DNA of 61,490 bases, counting the filler, from Sphacelaria rigidula (taxonomy: Eukaryota), in assembly GCA_964200075.2 (NCBI GenBank). It is 5 parts of 5 records of this genome, joined end to end, with 100 filler letters (N's around TTAATTAATTAA, not from the genome) between each part and the next. Parts side by side here need not be neighbours in the genome. Positions count along the whole stretch, not along the records: positions 36,958 to 49,174 come from CAXNAA020003998.1; positions 49,275 to 61,490 come from CAXNAA020003999.1; 3 more parts are not named here. The stretch is one strand, 5' to 3'. Positions 37,093 through 50,021 of the stretch are shown piece after piece. Each line of letters opens with the position of its first letter. The stretch's first letter is position 1. The translations under genes were made by a program, and so were the position numbers. Under the pieces are notes generated by a model. It was not told the DNA's origin. It was given only the letters and a program-made list of their open reading frames with translations, and did no database searches.

Positions 37093-39122
37093 TACTCTAA
37101 ATTCAAGTAAATACGAAATACTGGCTTCTCAGAGCTTCAGAGAACGAAATTGCCCCGAAAGATATGTACTCTGAATCTAAAACCAAGTAAAGAAATGCAG
37201 CTAAAGGACACCTGTCTGCAGGGAACGAATATCAAAACACTTGTAGCTGATGCAATCTCTTTCTCCCTCTTCCTCTCTATATGTACGATCAGTTATATAC
37301 ATCCCGTCTGTAATATTACACTTCGCGAACGACATTCGAAACCGTGTTGCTGTAAACGGACCTCGATGCAGTGCTCCAACCGCCACGATCGACCGGATGA
37401 CGTTGAGGTTTGGAGAAACATCGAACACGCCTGGTCCGCAGTTACGCCCGGATTTTGGGTTCCCGAACTCGCGTCCTGGTGGATTGGGACCGCTGCCGAC
37501 GCCGGTGATAAAAGTGAACAGACGACGGTCAGGAGATGAGCAAAGAGTGTAGATGGTGATGGTGTCGCAGTCTTGAGTCGTCCGGAGGCTAGGCCAGGCT
37601 GACGTGGCATTATCCTGGCCGAGCAAGCGTTCAGTAAGGGCAAAAACCTCGGTTGCAATGCAAGAAGAATCAATCGGCCGAAATGTCTGAAAAATGATCC
37701 AAGCGTCTGAATGATTGAATTTTGGTTTTTATAGTGTTTAGTGCTTGATTTTTGTTTGCATGACTTGCTGGCCATTTCTGGCTCTTGTTTTTGCTTTTCT
37801 TCCCTTTTCTCTTCCCTCCTTGGGGCGTGTCTTCGCACATGACTTTTCGATCGAAAAAGTGCGGTAAAATATAGAATTTCGTATCTGATACGCTCACCAC
37901 ATTTCTGTTCCTACCTGCTTCGACTAAATTTCATCATTACTGGCGCGCGGAGAAGACGTAAATGACAAAAAATCTAAGCTTCTTCGATCGAAAACATGCG
38001 GTCCAAAGGCACGAAGGGAAACTTGACTTTCATCTGACAGACCACGCCAGATTCCACCCGATCACAGAACCATGTAAACTCCATACAACTCATTCTCAGC
38101 CATTACCAAAACCCTACTGCAGCATAGAGCACGAGTTGAGAACAGATATATATATATATATATACAACATTAGTAGATACACTGTAGTAATAGTGGCGTA
38201 TGCTTTGTTTTTTTTTTGTTGGCAAAAACTTGAACATCTTCCATGATGAGGATCAGCGACGGAACTACGTGGTAGGGTGGGCAACCGACTTGCGTAGACG
38301 CTCATGGACAGCGCAGGCAGTACAGAGCTGCACCTTGCCCGAGTCCTTTCCACGCCGTATTGTAAGAAGAAACAATAGATAGCCCGCTACCATCTACTGT
38401 TTCACGAATTTTACGGGGTTTTTTCGATCAAAAGCCCGAAAACTCGCTTGGACTCAGTTCGAGAAAAATGAGCGAATTTCGCTCAAATCAATTTCACCAC
38501 CTTTTTTTTCGATCGAGGCAAAATGCGCCCGTCTAATCTGTTCTACATTTATTTCCTATTTTCTTCGCGATGAGCTCCTTTGTTGCCTCGGGTATATGTA
38601 TTATGTAATAACAAAAATATAAAAATTCCGATCTGCAGCAGGGTGCAGAACGCGGACTAGGCAAAAAAAACCGCGCTGGGTGATTGAACGCATTGTCAGT
38701 CGAGATGTATGTAGTCCTGAAGAGAGCGGGTGTGTATCGTGCTGAACACGCATGACTCGGTGTGTATCCAAAAACATGTTGTGTATAACCTGCACAATTC
38801 AAGCCCGGGACCGGTACGTATGCATCCCGAGTTGACTGAGATGCTAACTCCGATAGTACACGATAATACCATCATTTGATTAATGGTTTTGAAGTTGCAA
38901 GCGGAGTTGCAAGCGGAGCCGTAGAGGGAATTCTACAAACTGTCATGCATCCAACACCCTGCATGGTGCGCACATGTGCACAAAACGGATACTCGTCCAG
39001 GATCTGGGACGTCCATGTGGGAGATCCATTTGACAAACGGGATGTCGATATCCTGGATGGGTGTTCGTATCCAAAATGCGTACAGACTGGGCCGGCCAAG
39101 ACGCGAATTTGTGGTTTGCAGA

Positions 39123-40160
39123 CCCCGTCTTACCTCAATTTTGTGAGTTAGACTTCGAAATTTGGTAGGGAGGAAGAATAGGGCATGCTGAAACGCTGTC
39201 TTTCGGGACGCAAGAGTTTTTTTTTTTCGTGAGTTGAGGGCAATAATCAGTATCCAGATATCAGGAAAACACCATCAAATCACGAAAAAAAAAAAAACTC
39301 ACTTTGCGTCCCGGACGACAGCGGTTAAGCATGCCCTATACTTGCTCCCTACCAAATTTCGAAGTCCAACTCGCAAAATTGAGATGAGACGGGGCAATTT
39401 AGAAACCGGGCCGGGTGAAATTCGGAACAATATTTTCCAGGCCATTTACCGGCCCAGGTTTGGTACTTGTGCGTTGAATTTACGTATGGGACCTCGCTAG
39501 GCCGCAACCGACCAAAAAACGTGGGGAAAGTTCGCATATATATATATATATATATATATATTCACTTGCTTAGGACGCTTTAGTATAGTGAAGACCATTT
39601 TTTCACGAAGGAGCCCGTACCTATCCGAAAAAAAAAGTGAAGGGGCAATTTTTTTCTCCGGCATGCCTTTGCCATTCTCCATGATGAGGTTCAAATCTCA
39701 ATTGTAAAAGTTGAACTGAAAAACTAAGATAAGGTCCGAGAGCATTGTCCATTTTTCCTCGAAACTCCTCTGAAAAATAAAAAAGATGAAGAAAAACGAA
39801 AAACGAAAAACGAAAAACGAAAAACGTTGATTTTTTTCTTCATTATCAGTAGTGATTCTCGGAGCGAAATTTCAAAGCACAACACTCAAAAACTGAGACG
39901 TAATATTCAGATGCAGTGCATTAAGTGCCTCTGCTCGAAATATATCGAGTCTAGTATAGAAACTTATGTGCGCTACATCTCGAGACAGATAACGAATTGG
40001 GGAAAAGTGGAGGTATAGATCGTTTCTCCGTGCTCCAGGGAATGTCCACACCAAAAATCGTCATCATCCGCTGTGTACATCGTTCGGGGTTCCATATGGA
40101 CTTTAGTATAGACGCTATCTCCGTGCGGTACAGGAATTACTTGACATGGGATTTAATCAA
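39123..40160. repeat. Dispersed ~1-kb repeat with internal palindrome; paralogue at about 46120-46877 plus 48671-48880
   Basis: Shared blocks gaaattcggaacaatatttt, tgcctctgctcg and ccagggaatgtccaca..aaaaatcgt; inverted arms at 39123-39230 and 39290-39394. Confidence 0.78.
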
Positions 40161-40356
40161 GGAGAAAACAAATGGCCCAGACTTCTGAGCACATGGGCAC
40201 CTTCCCCAGGATCAGACAATTAATACGATACGCAGATCATGGCCCAGCTCCCCTGTGTCGATGATATATCGCTTTGAGAGCATAAACCCGCGTTTAGGCC
40301 GGCCCAGCTCGTACGTATCCCAGACGGAAATCCGCTCCCCAGATTTATATATATAT

Positions 40357-40734
40357 TGTAATGCGTGGGAGGATCGCGTGCATAGAGGACCGCATCGCAT
40401 TTCAAAACACCTCAGGATCGATGCTTTCCAAAACCAATCGGGTTAGTCCCTCCTGGGACCACGCCCCAAATTTTAACCCCGACACTAATCCTAACCCTAA
40501 CCCTAACCCTAACATGATGTTAGCCCTAATATGATGTTAGGGTTAGGCTTAGCCCCAACACTAACCCTAACCCCAACATCATAACATAATGTTAGCCCTA
40601 ATATGATGTAAGGGTTAGGCTTAGCCCCAACACTAACCCTAACCCCAACATCATATTATGGTTAGGGCTATGGTTATGTTGATGTTAAAATCCCGATGCG
40701 GTCCTCTCAGCTCGCTCTCCTCTCACGTATTTCA
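40357..40734. mobile_element. Second, diverged copy of the telomere-repeat MITE family
   Basis: Starts tgtaatgcgtgggaggatcgcgtgcatagaggaccg; shares ttcaaaacacctcaggatcga and cccgacactaa with 27670-27892; ends cggtcctctc..cacgtatttca; expanded CCCTAA/TTAGGG block at 40485-40680. No TSD recognised. Confidence 0.82.
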
Positions 40735-41896
40735 CCGCTGACAGTCCCACGAGTTCTCGGAGGAAAGGTTTCGTAGGCATAGATGGGACGCCGTAAGGAC
40801 ATGAGCGGTAGCTGCATTGCAAAAGGCAACTGTGATGGAAAGTACTTGAGCCACCAGGCGTATGAAAGTATTTCCTCATGGTTCGGCGAGGCGGGTGCAC
40901 TTTTTGCATCCCCCGTGTATCATGCATCATCCAGCGTAGAGTTTGTCCTTGTTGTTCGCCTGCAAAATCCGATCGTGGAATACTGAATGTTCTTAGTGCT
41001 AGAATATACACTCACATTTTGATCTTCGAGGGGCTTACAGTCACAGCACCTGCCGGGTGTAAGCAGCGGCGTGCCCAGCACGCTCTGTGACTTAGATGAG
41101 GCACCATTTCGAGCCAAAGTTAAGCTCATGTTGACTGGAGTACTAGAGGTATCACTTCTGCCCGATGGTCCTCAGTCTGCCTTGGGTTGGCCCCGGGTTA
41201 TTTTAGCGTTACGATTCGACAAAGACGATGTATTCATCATTGGACTTCGGAGCGGGACCAGGACAACACAAACGTCCGCCCACACACGTCCGTGTTGTTA
41301 CGCTCGGTGTAACGAGCAGTGGCTACTGCAAGGCTACATCACGATTTTTCACTAAACGTTCAACTACAGAGATTCGAATGCTATCGCGACGTAGCAGCTG
41401 GCAGTGCAGAGTCGCTAAGGGGCTAGAGTCCACCACTGCGGTTGCGTGCGGGTTGCTTGTTGCTCGTGCTCGTTATTGTGCTCATTTAAATGCAGGGGAT
41501 AGGATGATTATTTTCGCGAACGGCAAGCATAGATCAGAATACCAGTCAGCGACTCCCCCCCGGGTCGCTGCAACAGCAAGCGCAACCCTGACATACTCTG
41601 CACAGTGTAGCTGCTCAGCAACATCAGTAGCTACGACTGCGTTCACCTACACTATTTAGTATAGGTGTACTAAAGATGGCGCGATGACTATACCGTGATC
41701 ACAACCGTTTGCGACCACCAATAATGCCAGCTGGCTTGTCGCCAACGCGTAAATAACCATGGAGCACTCGTGGAGCACAACAGTACTGTAGTATAGAAGT
41801 GGAAGTTGCTTGTTTCATGTAGGCATTGTCTTTCACGAAAACAAAAAACGGTACAGGCTGGTTCAGGCATATCACCCAAAAAACACTCATCGGCAC

Positions 41897-42176
41897 AACC
41901 TCACGCCGTTTTAAGGAGTTAGACCCTGAATTTTTGCACAGATGTTCCATGGGGCATTACGCAACTCTCGAAGGTCGAGGTTTTCGGACTTTTTGACCTT
42001 TTTAAACGTTTTTCGGGGGTCTCAGTTTTCCCGGGGAACTTCGATCAAATCGAACCCCCGTAGAACGGTGAAGGAAAAAAAACGAAAAAGAAATTCGTTC
42101 ATCCAAAGTTGCGTAATGACCCATAGCACAGCTGTGCGAAATTTCAGGGTCTAACTCCTTAAAACGGCGTGAGGTT
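41897..42176. repeat. Inverted repeat with 70-bp arms plus downstream degenerate copies (foldback element remnant)
   Basis: aacctcacgccgttttaaggagttagaccctgaa at 41897 is the exact reverse complement of the sequence ending at 42176; degenerate direct copy at about 42440-42570. Confidence 0.8.
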
Positions 42177-45100
42177 TTTTGCTTTGTGCAATGAACTTTG
42201 ACGTGCCGCGGTGAAACCGCAACCTACTTGATTTTTGTACGAACACGACGTTTTTAGGTCTTCTTTGACGTGAACATGAAAATTCAAGCATCAGTTGATC
42301 GTCTTTTGCGACAAAATTTTGTGGGACCCCTTCTCGGGTTATGCGGGGACAGCTCGCTCACGAAAAAATGGGAAGAAATATCGTCGTGCCGGTTTTCCCG
42401 GGTCCCAGAATGGAGACTACTTCGAACAGCGACTTGGACCCCCGTCGGATCCCCGAAAAACGGTGAAAAATTCAAGAAAGAAAAAACACTATCCATAGGA
42501 AGTTGCGTAATGATACATCGAATATTCTTGCAGAGTTTCAGAATCCAACTCCTGATGGCGGCGTGAAGGTTTGCCCGTTTGTGGAGGACGTGGGCTTGAA
42601 ACGTGCAACTCCTAACTACTTTGTTTTAGTATCGGAACGTATTTTGAGGTGAACTTCAGGTCAAGGCAAGAAACCTGCATAAGGTTTTCGAGTTTCTGCA
42701 CCAAACGTTGTACATGTGCTCCTTGGGCTATCCCGGGACGCATCATTACAGTATTTTTCTTTTAGGGCATTATGTACCGCCTTCCGGGTACCTTTATACT
42801 GGGACCCTTGGAAGCCGGTAGAGAACGGAGAAACCATGAAATATTGTCAAGAACACAATTTTTCCATTTGGAGCATCAATCCCTATGGAACTGCCAAGTT
42901 TGAGGGCGATCTGAGCTTTTCTACAACAGATAGAGGGGACACCGTCACGAGGCTCCCTGGGTCTTTCGTGCGTATCATTAATGCAAATTAGACGACGCCA
43001 ACACCCGACATCACCGAAACATCACCGTTTCGGGTATAGTTGGACCCCGTAGTAACCGTTTTCAAATATATTTCTTTCGTTAGATTCCCGAGCCGAAAAC
43101 GGTTGCTACGATTAGAGCATATGGAGATTGGGTGGAAATTGGGCTTGGTCCCCGTAATTTCGATCTCGGAACAATTTGACGGGCGCTGATTGGTCGATAT
43201 ACATTTTCGCCCTTAGCGCTACCACTATGGCCTTACACTCAAGTCCGGCTATGTCACGCTCTTTAGCTGTCCATGGCGGTCAGTATGATATCATGTATGC
43301 GACTAATAGGTAGGTATTGCGAAAGGCATCTGCTGATGACACAATTTTGGTTGATAAGCGTGAACCAGCCTGTAATGGGTTCCAAAAGGGTTGAAAATAA
43401 GCGCGAGTACGAGTATTCCAAGCCAGTAAGAAAAGCTGACTTCCCTTTTACCCGTACTTGTGGAGGGTACTTCACCATCCAGGGTCTCAACCCTTATCCA
43501 GATTCTTCGAGTTGATTCAACTACGCCCTAGCCGTAATACTAAGCTTATTATACATGATGCAGGCATTGAACCGCCGGGCAGAGAGAATGTCAACAGAGT
43601 CCTAGGTAACGTGTGCGTTGTTTTCCCTGCGTGACGCCGATTTGGGCAAAACCCCGTTCCGAGATGGCCGCGCCGTGCGTGGCACTAAGGTTACCCCCGC
43701 ATCGGGTGTTCTCAATTCTGAAAACAAAACAGAAGCCGCTATGAAGGAAGATCCGAATCCGGTTTTTGCGAACCAGATCGAATAGGTTACAGTTTACTGC
43801 GTTTAGAGTCCAAAACAAGGGGCCTGGGCATTCAACGGATCAACCGTGGTATATTCGAATCTCCGACGAGCCTCACGATCGCAAGGACTCGCTTCGTGTG
43901 GTCTCCGCAGAGGTATACTGTATTTAAACTCGAGCAAATTGCTGTTGAACATACTATACCGAGAACCACGGGTTTTAGGCATCTCCTAGCAGACGTACTG
44001 CCTCCATCTGTGCCTTCCTGGAACGCCGACTTGGGCACTGCCAATGGACACTTCCTACTAGTTGTAGATTTGAGGTTTGACCAAAACGAAGTACCAAGTA
44101 TTCTTGATCATGGATTTCGGCGCGACGAGTTGGCGAAAACGCCTCTCAGCTGTTGCCAGATTATTATCCCCCTCCGCCCCGTCCAGGAATTCAACAGCCC
44201 ACGGATCCGTTACATACCGGCGTTGAAATGACCCTCACAACATGTAAGGCATGTAACCTCTGCGAGACGATCTGGACTTGATATCATTTGACTACAGGGA
44301 GCAACCAATTTTAAAGTTGTGAGATACGGAACTGCACTGCTGTACATCGGTCCAGCCAGGCAACTTCCTACTACACAGCGAAGTATTTTACTGTAGTCCA
44401 CAGGCAGAGCAGATGCTCTCCATCAGAACACCGTAGCAAATCACTGCAGTATAGCGACGTCATGATTTCTGACCACCAAGATATCGCGCTCGAACATCTG
44501 TATCCACCGAGCGACCTGCTCACCTTCTCGGTGGAGACATCTCGGCCAAACAACGGCAGGTTGAAAGGTACCTCACGCCCGAAAAATCACCTCGTCTTAT
44601 AATCCCTTCCACCCTGAAGAAGCACGGTGGGTAGAGATCAGTACACCCGACACGCCACCAACTAAGACACAGGCGGAGTGTACACAGAGTTAGTACCACA
44701 TCGCTTGTCGACAGATGCAGGCCAAAAAAGACGTTCCAAGGAGGCGCGGAAAAACGGAGCTTTTCGGAAGAGTTTGTAAATAGATGTGGTACATTATGCC
44801 GTCGAGAAATTTCTCCCGCCCGAGTTATCATATGGAACCGTCAGCGGAGCAACAAATCTGCACTACCGTACCCCCACACACTCTTTGAAAAAATGAAAAA
44901 CAGTGGGCGATGATGATGCAACGGGAATGCATGAAATGTCTGAGTCTCACATTGTCCTTCCGGGACACGTCCCCTTCCAATCTGGAGGTACGCCAGCTTG
45001 CAAGGAGTCGGACTCCTGCAGTGCCTACAGCTGTTATCTGACGGCCTACTTCCGGCAGGGCAAGGAATAGATACAGGTATTTACCCAGTTTCCTGTACTT

Positions 45101-46877
45101 GATGTGGAGTGCCTTATCTGGTGGACAACCATCTACACTACTCTTCCTACTGGAGTGGTTGCTCTTATTTTACTTGGGTACGAGAGAGTATACCGTACTT
45201 GAGTCTCCTCCGTCCTTTTCCTTCATGAGACGAAGCTGTAGGGCACTACCTACGAGCAGTAGAATGCCGATGCTTCTTTGACGACGTATTGGCCGATGCA
45301 CGTCCTGGACAAAATGTTCCGAAATGACGCATGTCTAACCTTTATTCTCCACGGCGTTGTCGTTCAAGTAGAAAGCAGCACTGCCTTTGTCTGAGTTGTT
45401 TCATCTCTAGCGCAAAGACCAATAAGAAGTGTACTACATCGCTCCGTGTTTCGGGGTCGAGCGTCGCGAGGGCGTCGTCTGTTGGTTGTGCTGCAACGTT
45501 CGGTATGCTTTTATTCAGTACTTGAAGCACACTAACCAACCGTTGCCTTCGCACATACTGGTGGGGGCGCAGTGCTGAAAAAGGCTCGAGCAAGCTCGAT
45601 TATGTAGCGGTACACTTGTTGATACAAGCTCCTCACGTGATATCCACGTTGAAAGAAATAGTCTGCAGTCTGAGGTAGGCAAGGGCCCACAGCGTAGCCA
45701 AAAAGAGAAGCAGCATGTTGATCAGCCGCCGCAACCAGAGTAACGGACCGATGATCGCGACGACTACGAGCTGGGTCAGGCTAGAAGCGAAGTTAACCAC
45801 GTTTTCGTGAGATTGAGAGTAGAGCGCTGATTGAAAGTGTATTTGATCTTCCTAACTTAGCCGATTTTTCATTCTGTCTGTGCTTTTCTTTGCCTCCGTG
45901 ACTGGCGTGTGCTTAGAGCTACATGTCGATATCCTACTCAGGGATATCAAGGGCGTCAGTGCCAAGCTACAACAGAAAGCACATTGAGCCCAGTGAAGGG
46001 GCATTTCGGAACTGAAACGAATCATTCACTATTTGACCGCTTTTTACTCTCAATCGAATCCCCCACTCTCGATCTCACGAAAACATTGTTATAATTTTCA
46101 GGCCGATTCGGCCCCCAGTATCTAGAGCTGGACCCTAAATTTGGTATGGGCAGCGGATAGGGCATAATGAAACACATCTGCACACGAAGGGGTTTTATTC
46201 ATGGGTCAAGGGCAATAATTATTTTTCAGGTATATGTAAAATTCCCTTAACTCATGAAGAGAAAAAATGTGTGCAGAGGTCATATTCTTTATTATGCCCT
46301 ATTCATTGTTCACATCAGTTTTTAGGGCCCTACTCTAGATATTGGCCGACGGATGGGCCGTTTAGTAGCCGGGTCGGTAGAAATTCGGAACAATATTTTG
46401 CATGCCACTTCCCGTCCCACGTTTGGTGTTTGTGTATTGAAATTTTGTGTGGGGCCTCGCTATTAATAGGTTATGATTAAAAAAAATGTCGTGTTGGATT
46501 TCTATTTGTTTTCACTAGTTGAGGGCGTTTGAGTGTAGTGACCGTCATTTGTTTTTCGAGAACGCCTGAACCTCTCCCCCCCCAAAAAACAAATGAAGGT
46601 CCATTCTGTTTTATTATACAGCGTACCTACATGGTTCTCCATGCTAAGTTTCGAATCACAATTATCAAAATTGAGCTGAGAAATTGAGATGAGGCGGAAG
46701 AGCAGTGTTCAGTACTCCCCAAAACTCCCCAACAAAAACGGAAAAAAATAAAAGAAAGTTGTTTTTTTGTGCTGTGCACTATAATAGCGGCTCTTCATAC
46801 GAAACTTCATAGCACAACTTCCGAAAACCGAGACGCGATATCCAGATTTAGGGCATCTAGTGCCTCTGCTCGCAATA

Positions 46878-48670
46878 CAAACGTGGCCATTCGGCTACCC
46901 CCTTAAAATCTTCTCTCGCGATTTTCATCCTCTCGAGGGTAAAGTGATCCTCGGGAGGATAAAAATATCCTCTAGGGGGTATTCCATACTCGCTTCCGGT
47001 CATAAAAAAAATCCTCTGGAGGGCATCTGATGCTTCAGTGACTTGTGAGGTCTTAATCCCTTCAGAGTACCAAAAATATAGTGCTCTGGAGCACGTGGTT
47101 TTCGTGAACGTCCCTTAGAGGGAAATATGAACGGCAGAGGGAAATATGAGCGTCATTCCTCTGGCGGAGCGACCGACTATGGCCTTTACGGCATTTGTTG
47201 CGACTCCGGGAGACATAGCCGTGCAGTATCCTCCAGCGTGCACTTGTGCACTTGTGCACTTGTGTCCTAACTGCTTCCAGGGGACCTTTGGGACCATCAC
47301 GCCAGAAAAAATATATAGATCACACGCCGTTCACAGATTGAATTGCAAACCCGACAACACTTATTCCCAGCTATAATACCACCACAATAACCCTGCAGCA
47401 AAGAGCACGACTTGGGCACAGGGATATAGATACACACTGCAGGACTTGAGCATGATGTATGTCTTGTTGGTGGAAGTTTGAACTTGAGCAGCGGGGTATG
47501 GTGCGGGCAACAACCGGCGGCGGTTTACTGCATACACACCCATAGACAGCGCAGGCAGACAAAGCTGCACACACTGTTCAAGTCCTTTTCACGTCGCACT
47601 GTGAGCAGAAAACATACACAGAGTCCTGCCCTGTCTGTACTGTACTTTGTCCGCTTCCCTTTCACGTCCTACTGACTGCAGCGGTGAGCACGCTGCAAGA
47701 ACGNNNNNNNNNNCTGACGGTATATAACACCCCCATGCACCCAAAGTTACAGGCACCCACTTTGTTTAGCCACACGTGGCGCATATGCCGCGCTAACTCT
47801 GCAGTATATTGCACAGCACGTATATAAGCACGATATGGTATTGTCCTACACGGTATTGTACTGTTCAGTACAGCATCAAACCATGCTTATTATTGCGATG
47901 GTCATATCGTCAACAACGTACAGGATTAACTGCGATCATAATTTTTCGCGTGTTCACCCGAAAAAATGGTTCACTTTGGTATTCGAATGGTGAACACAGG
48001 ACTACGGGGTTTTCAAGCGTGTGTGTTGAAATATATGAGGTTCATACATGATATCCATCACAACCATAACCTGAAGTTACACAGCATGGCTGTGTGTACA
48101 TACATTCACAATCGGTGTACGGGATTTGAAACCAGTCGAGACTGATGAAGACTTCGATCGGCTTGCCCAAGATATGAAATGAGGGGCAAGAGGATGAGTT
48201 CCTAACGACTTCTGCTGTCTCTCGACTCTCATCCACCGATACCGTACCGTATGTGGGACTTGAACAGCAAAAGCTGCTCGAAAATAAGAATCTTTTTTTG
48301 CTCAATTCAAGGTATTGGTGGGCAAAATGAGGATTTATAACAGTTTGTGGCGTACAAATTCCATTTGCGAGTGTATATGGGATTTGCACAGCCTCTACTG
48401 TTCGAAATAAATCCTTTTGGCCTGATTCCAATAATCTGGAATCAGGACTTATTTCGAACAGCTTTGAAAATTCCGGATTTTCATAGCACTTGTGCCTCCA
48501 AAAACAATTCAGGGAATTTTAATGTCGACACAGACCTTCGAGGGTCCAACATGGAAAATCCTCTAGAGGATTACGAATACCCAAGATCCTCTAGGGGGGA
48601 TTTTAAAACGGACGGAACCGAGGATGACAGGGGAACATTCCTTTACGAGGTAGCCGAATGGACGCGTGTG
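46878..48670. mobile_element. Non-autonomous Tc1/mariner-like element (1793 bp, TA TSD, 22-bp TIR)
   Basis: TIR caaacgtggccattcggctacc / ggtagccgaatggacgcgtgtg; TA at 46876-46877 and 48671-48672; subterminal atcctctagaggat-like palindromes; the empty site is visible in the paralogous repeat near 39930-39970. Confidence 0.82.
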
Positions 48671-49174
48671 TATATTGATATCAGTTTGGAACTTCATATG
48701 CGCTATATCTCGAGATAGATTACAAATCAGGTGAAGGTGAGGGCACATATCGTCTCGCCGTGCGCCAGGGAATGTCCACATCAAAAATCGTTATCCGCTG
48801 AATGCATTGTTCGGGGTTTCATATAGATTTTAGTCTGAACGCCATCTCCGTTCGGTATAGGAATTACTAAACACGGGGTTTATTTAACGATAAATATTGG
48901 CACAGCATACAACACCATATTCGTGAGATTCAGAGCGTAATATCGGATTCAGAGTGGATGCTCTAGCGTTCCTTACAGGCAACTTTTTCTTTTTTTGCTT
49001 GAGCACACGTCCTGTGCATGCAGCTACCGTACAGTACCCCATTCGAGGAATTCGGCGGTCTGATTGGTGAGATACCGCACAAAGCATTTTTATGCCTGGG
49101 GGGGCATTTCGGAACTGAAACTGTTTCAGGCATTAATCGTTTTTTCCTGAAAGAGGGGATCTTTTGTTGCAATG

Positions 49175-49274
49175 NNNNNNNNNNNNNNNNNNNNNNNNNN
49201 NNNNNNNNNNNNNNNNNNTTAATTAATTAANNNNNNNNNNNNNNNNNNNNNNNNNNNNNNNNNNNNNNNNNNNN
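49175..49274. other. Artificial contig linker
   Basis: Same 100-bp spacer. Confidence 0.98.
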
Positions 49275-49509
49275 TTGGGCAGAAATGTATTCGGGCCCAC
49301 ATAAGATGTTCGCCCCACTCCTTGGGCAGCCCTTTTAGGTACGCATTTGGCCCCCCCCCCCCCCCCCCCCCTCCCGTGCAGCCCGACTCCCATCCCACCT
49401 CTCCCTCTGTCTAATCAGTGTGTATGCTATAGCGTGTTCGCGTACGTCGATACCTATTCATCTGGGCTGCGACTTACATGTTTTATTTATCGGTGCGCTC
49501 GATGCTTAT

Positions 49510-49836
49510 CATTTTATTTTATTTTTTGCCGCACCCTGAACCCTTCCCCTTCCTCGGGACGAGCCCGTCGTCTCAAGAAATCAACCCATCTCTCCCCGGT
49601 ACACGCCTTGCATCTTGGTCTCGCGAATTGGGTTATGACTATCAGCACTCCCGCACCGCGTCAACTCTGGTCCAACAAACTCCGTCAACAATTTTTCGTT
49701 TGATCACGGCCTCACGCTTTAGACGGTGGAAATCAGATGCTTCGAAGGAAAAACCCAACGCATCGCGAATTGAATTTACGTTCTCACTATCTCAATGGGA
49801 ACAGTCGGGCCATTACACCACCGGGACGCGGCGGCA
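49510..49836 (-). mobile_element. tRNA-derived SINE, family A
   Basis: Near full-length match to 12400-12713, including cattacaccaccggg. Confidence 0.8.
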
Positions 49837-50021
49837 GCGGTTGTCCTAGACAGTGGAAGGATCTTAGGTCATGGAGCACGAAAGCTTGACCTGATATGAT
49901 ATCAGATACTATTCTCTGGTATTTTCACCGGATATATCGACCAGCGACGTATGAACATTTTGATTGATGTTTTGCATAATTTTGTTATCTCTGTGGTGCT
50001 TTCTTTTTTCCTTCTTTTCAG

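Noticed and set aside
43215-43275. Minus-strand KERDIAGLECKAIVVAL resembling an LTR-retrotransposon RNase H motif
   Set aside because: No upstream DAS motif or RT seen; too short to support.
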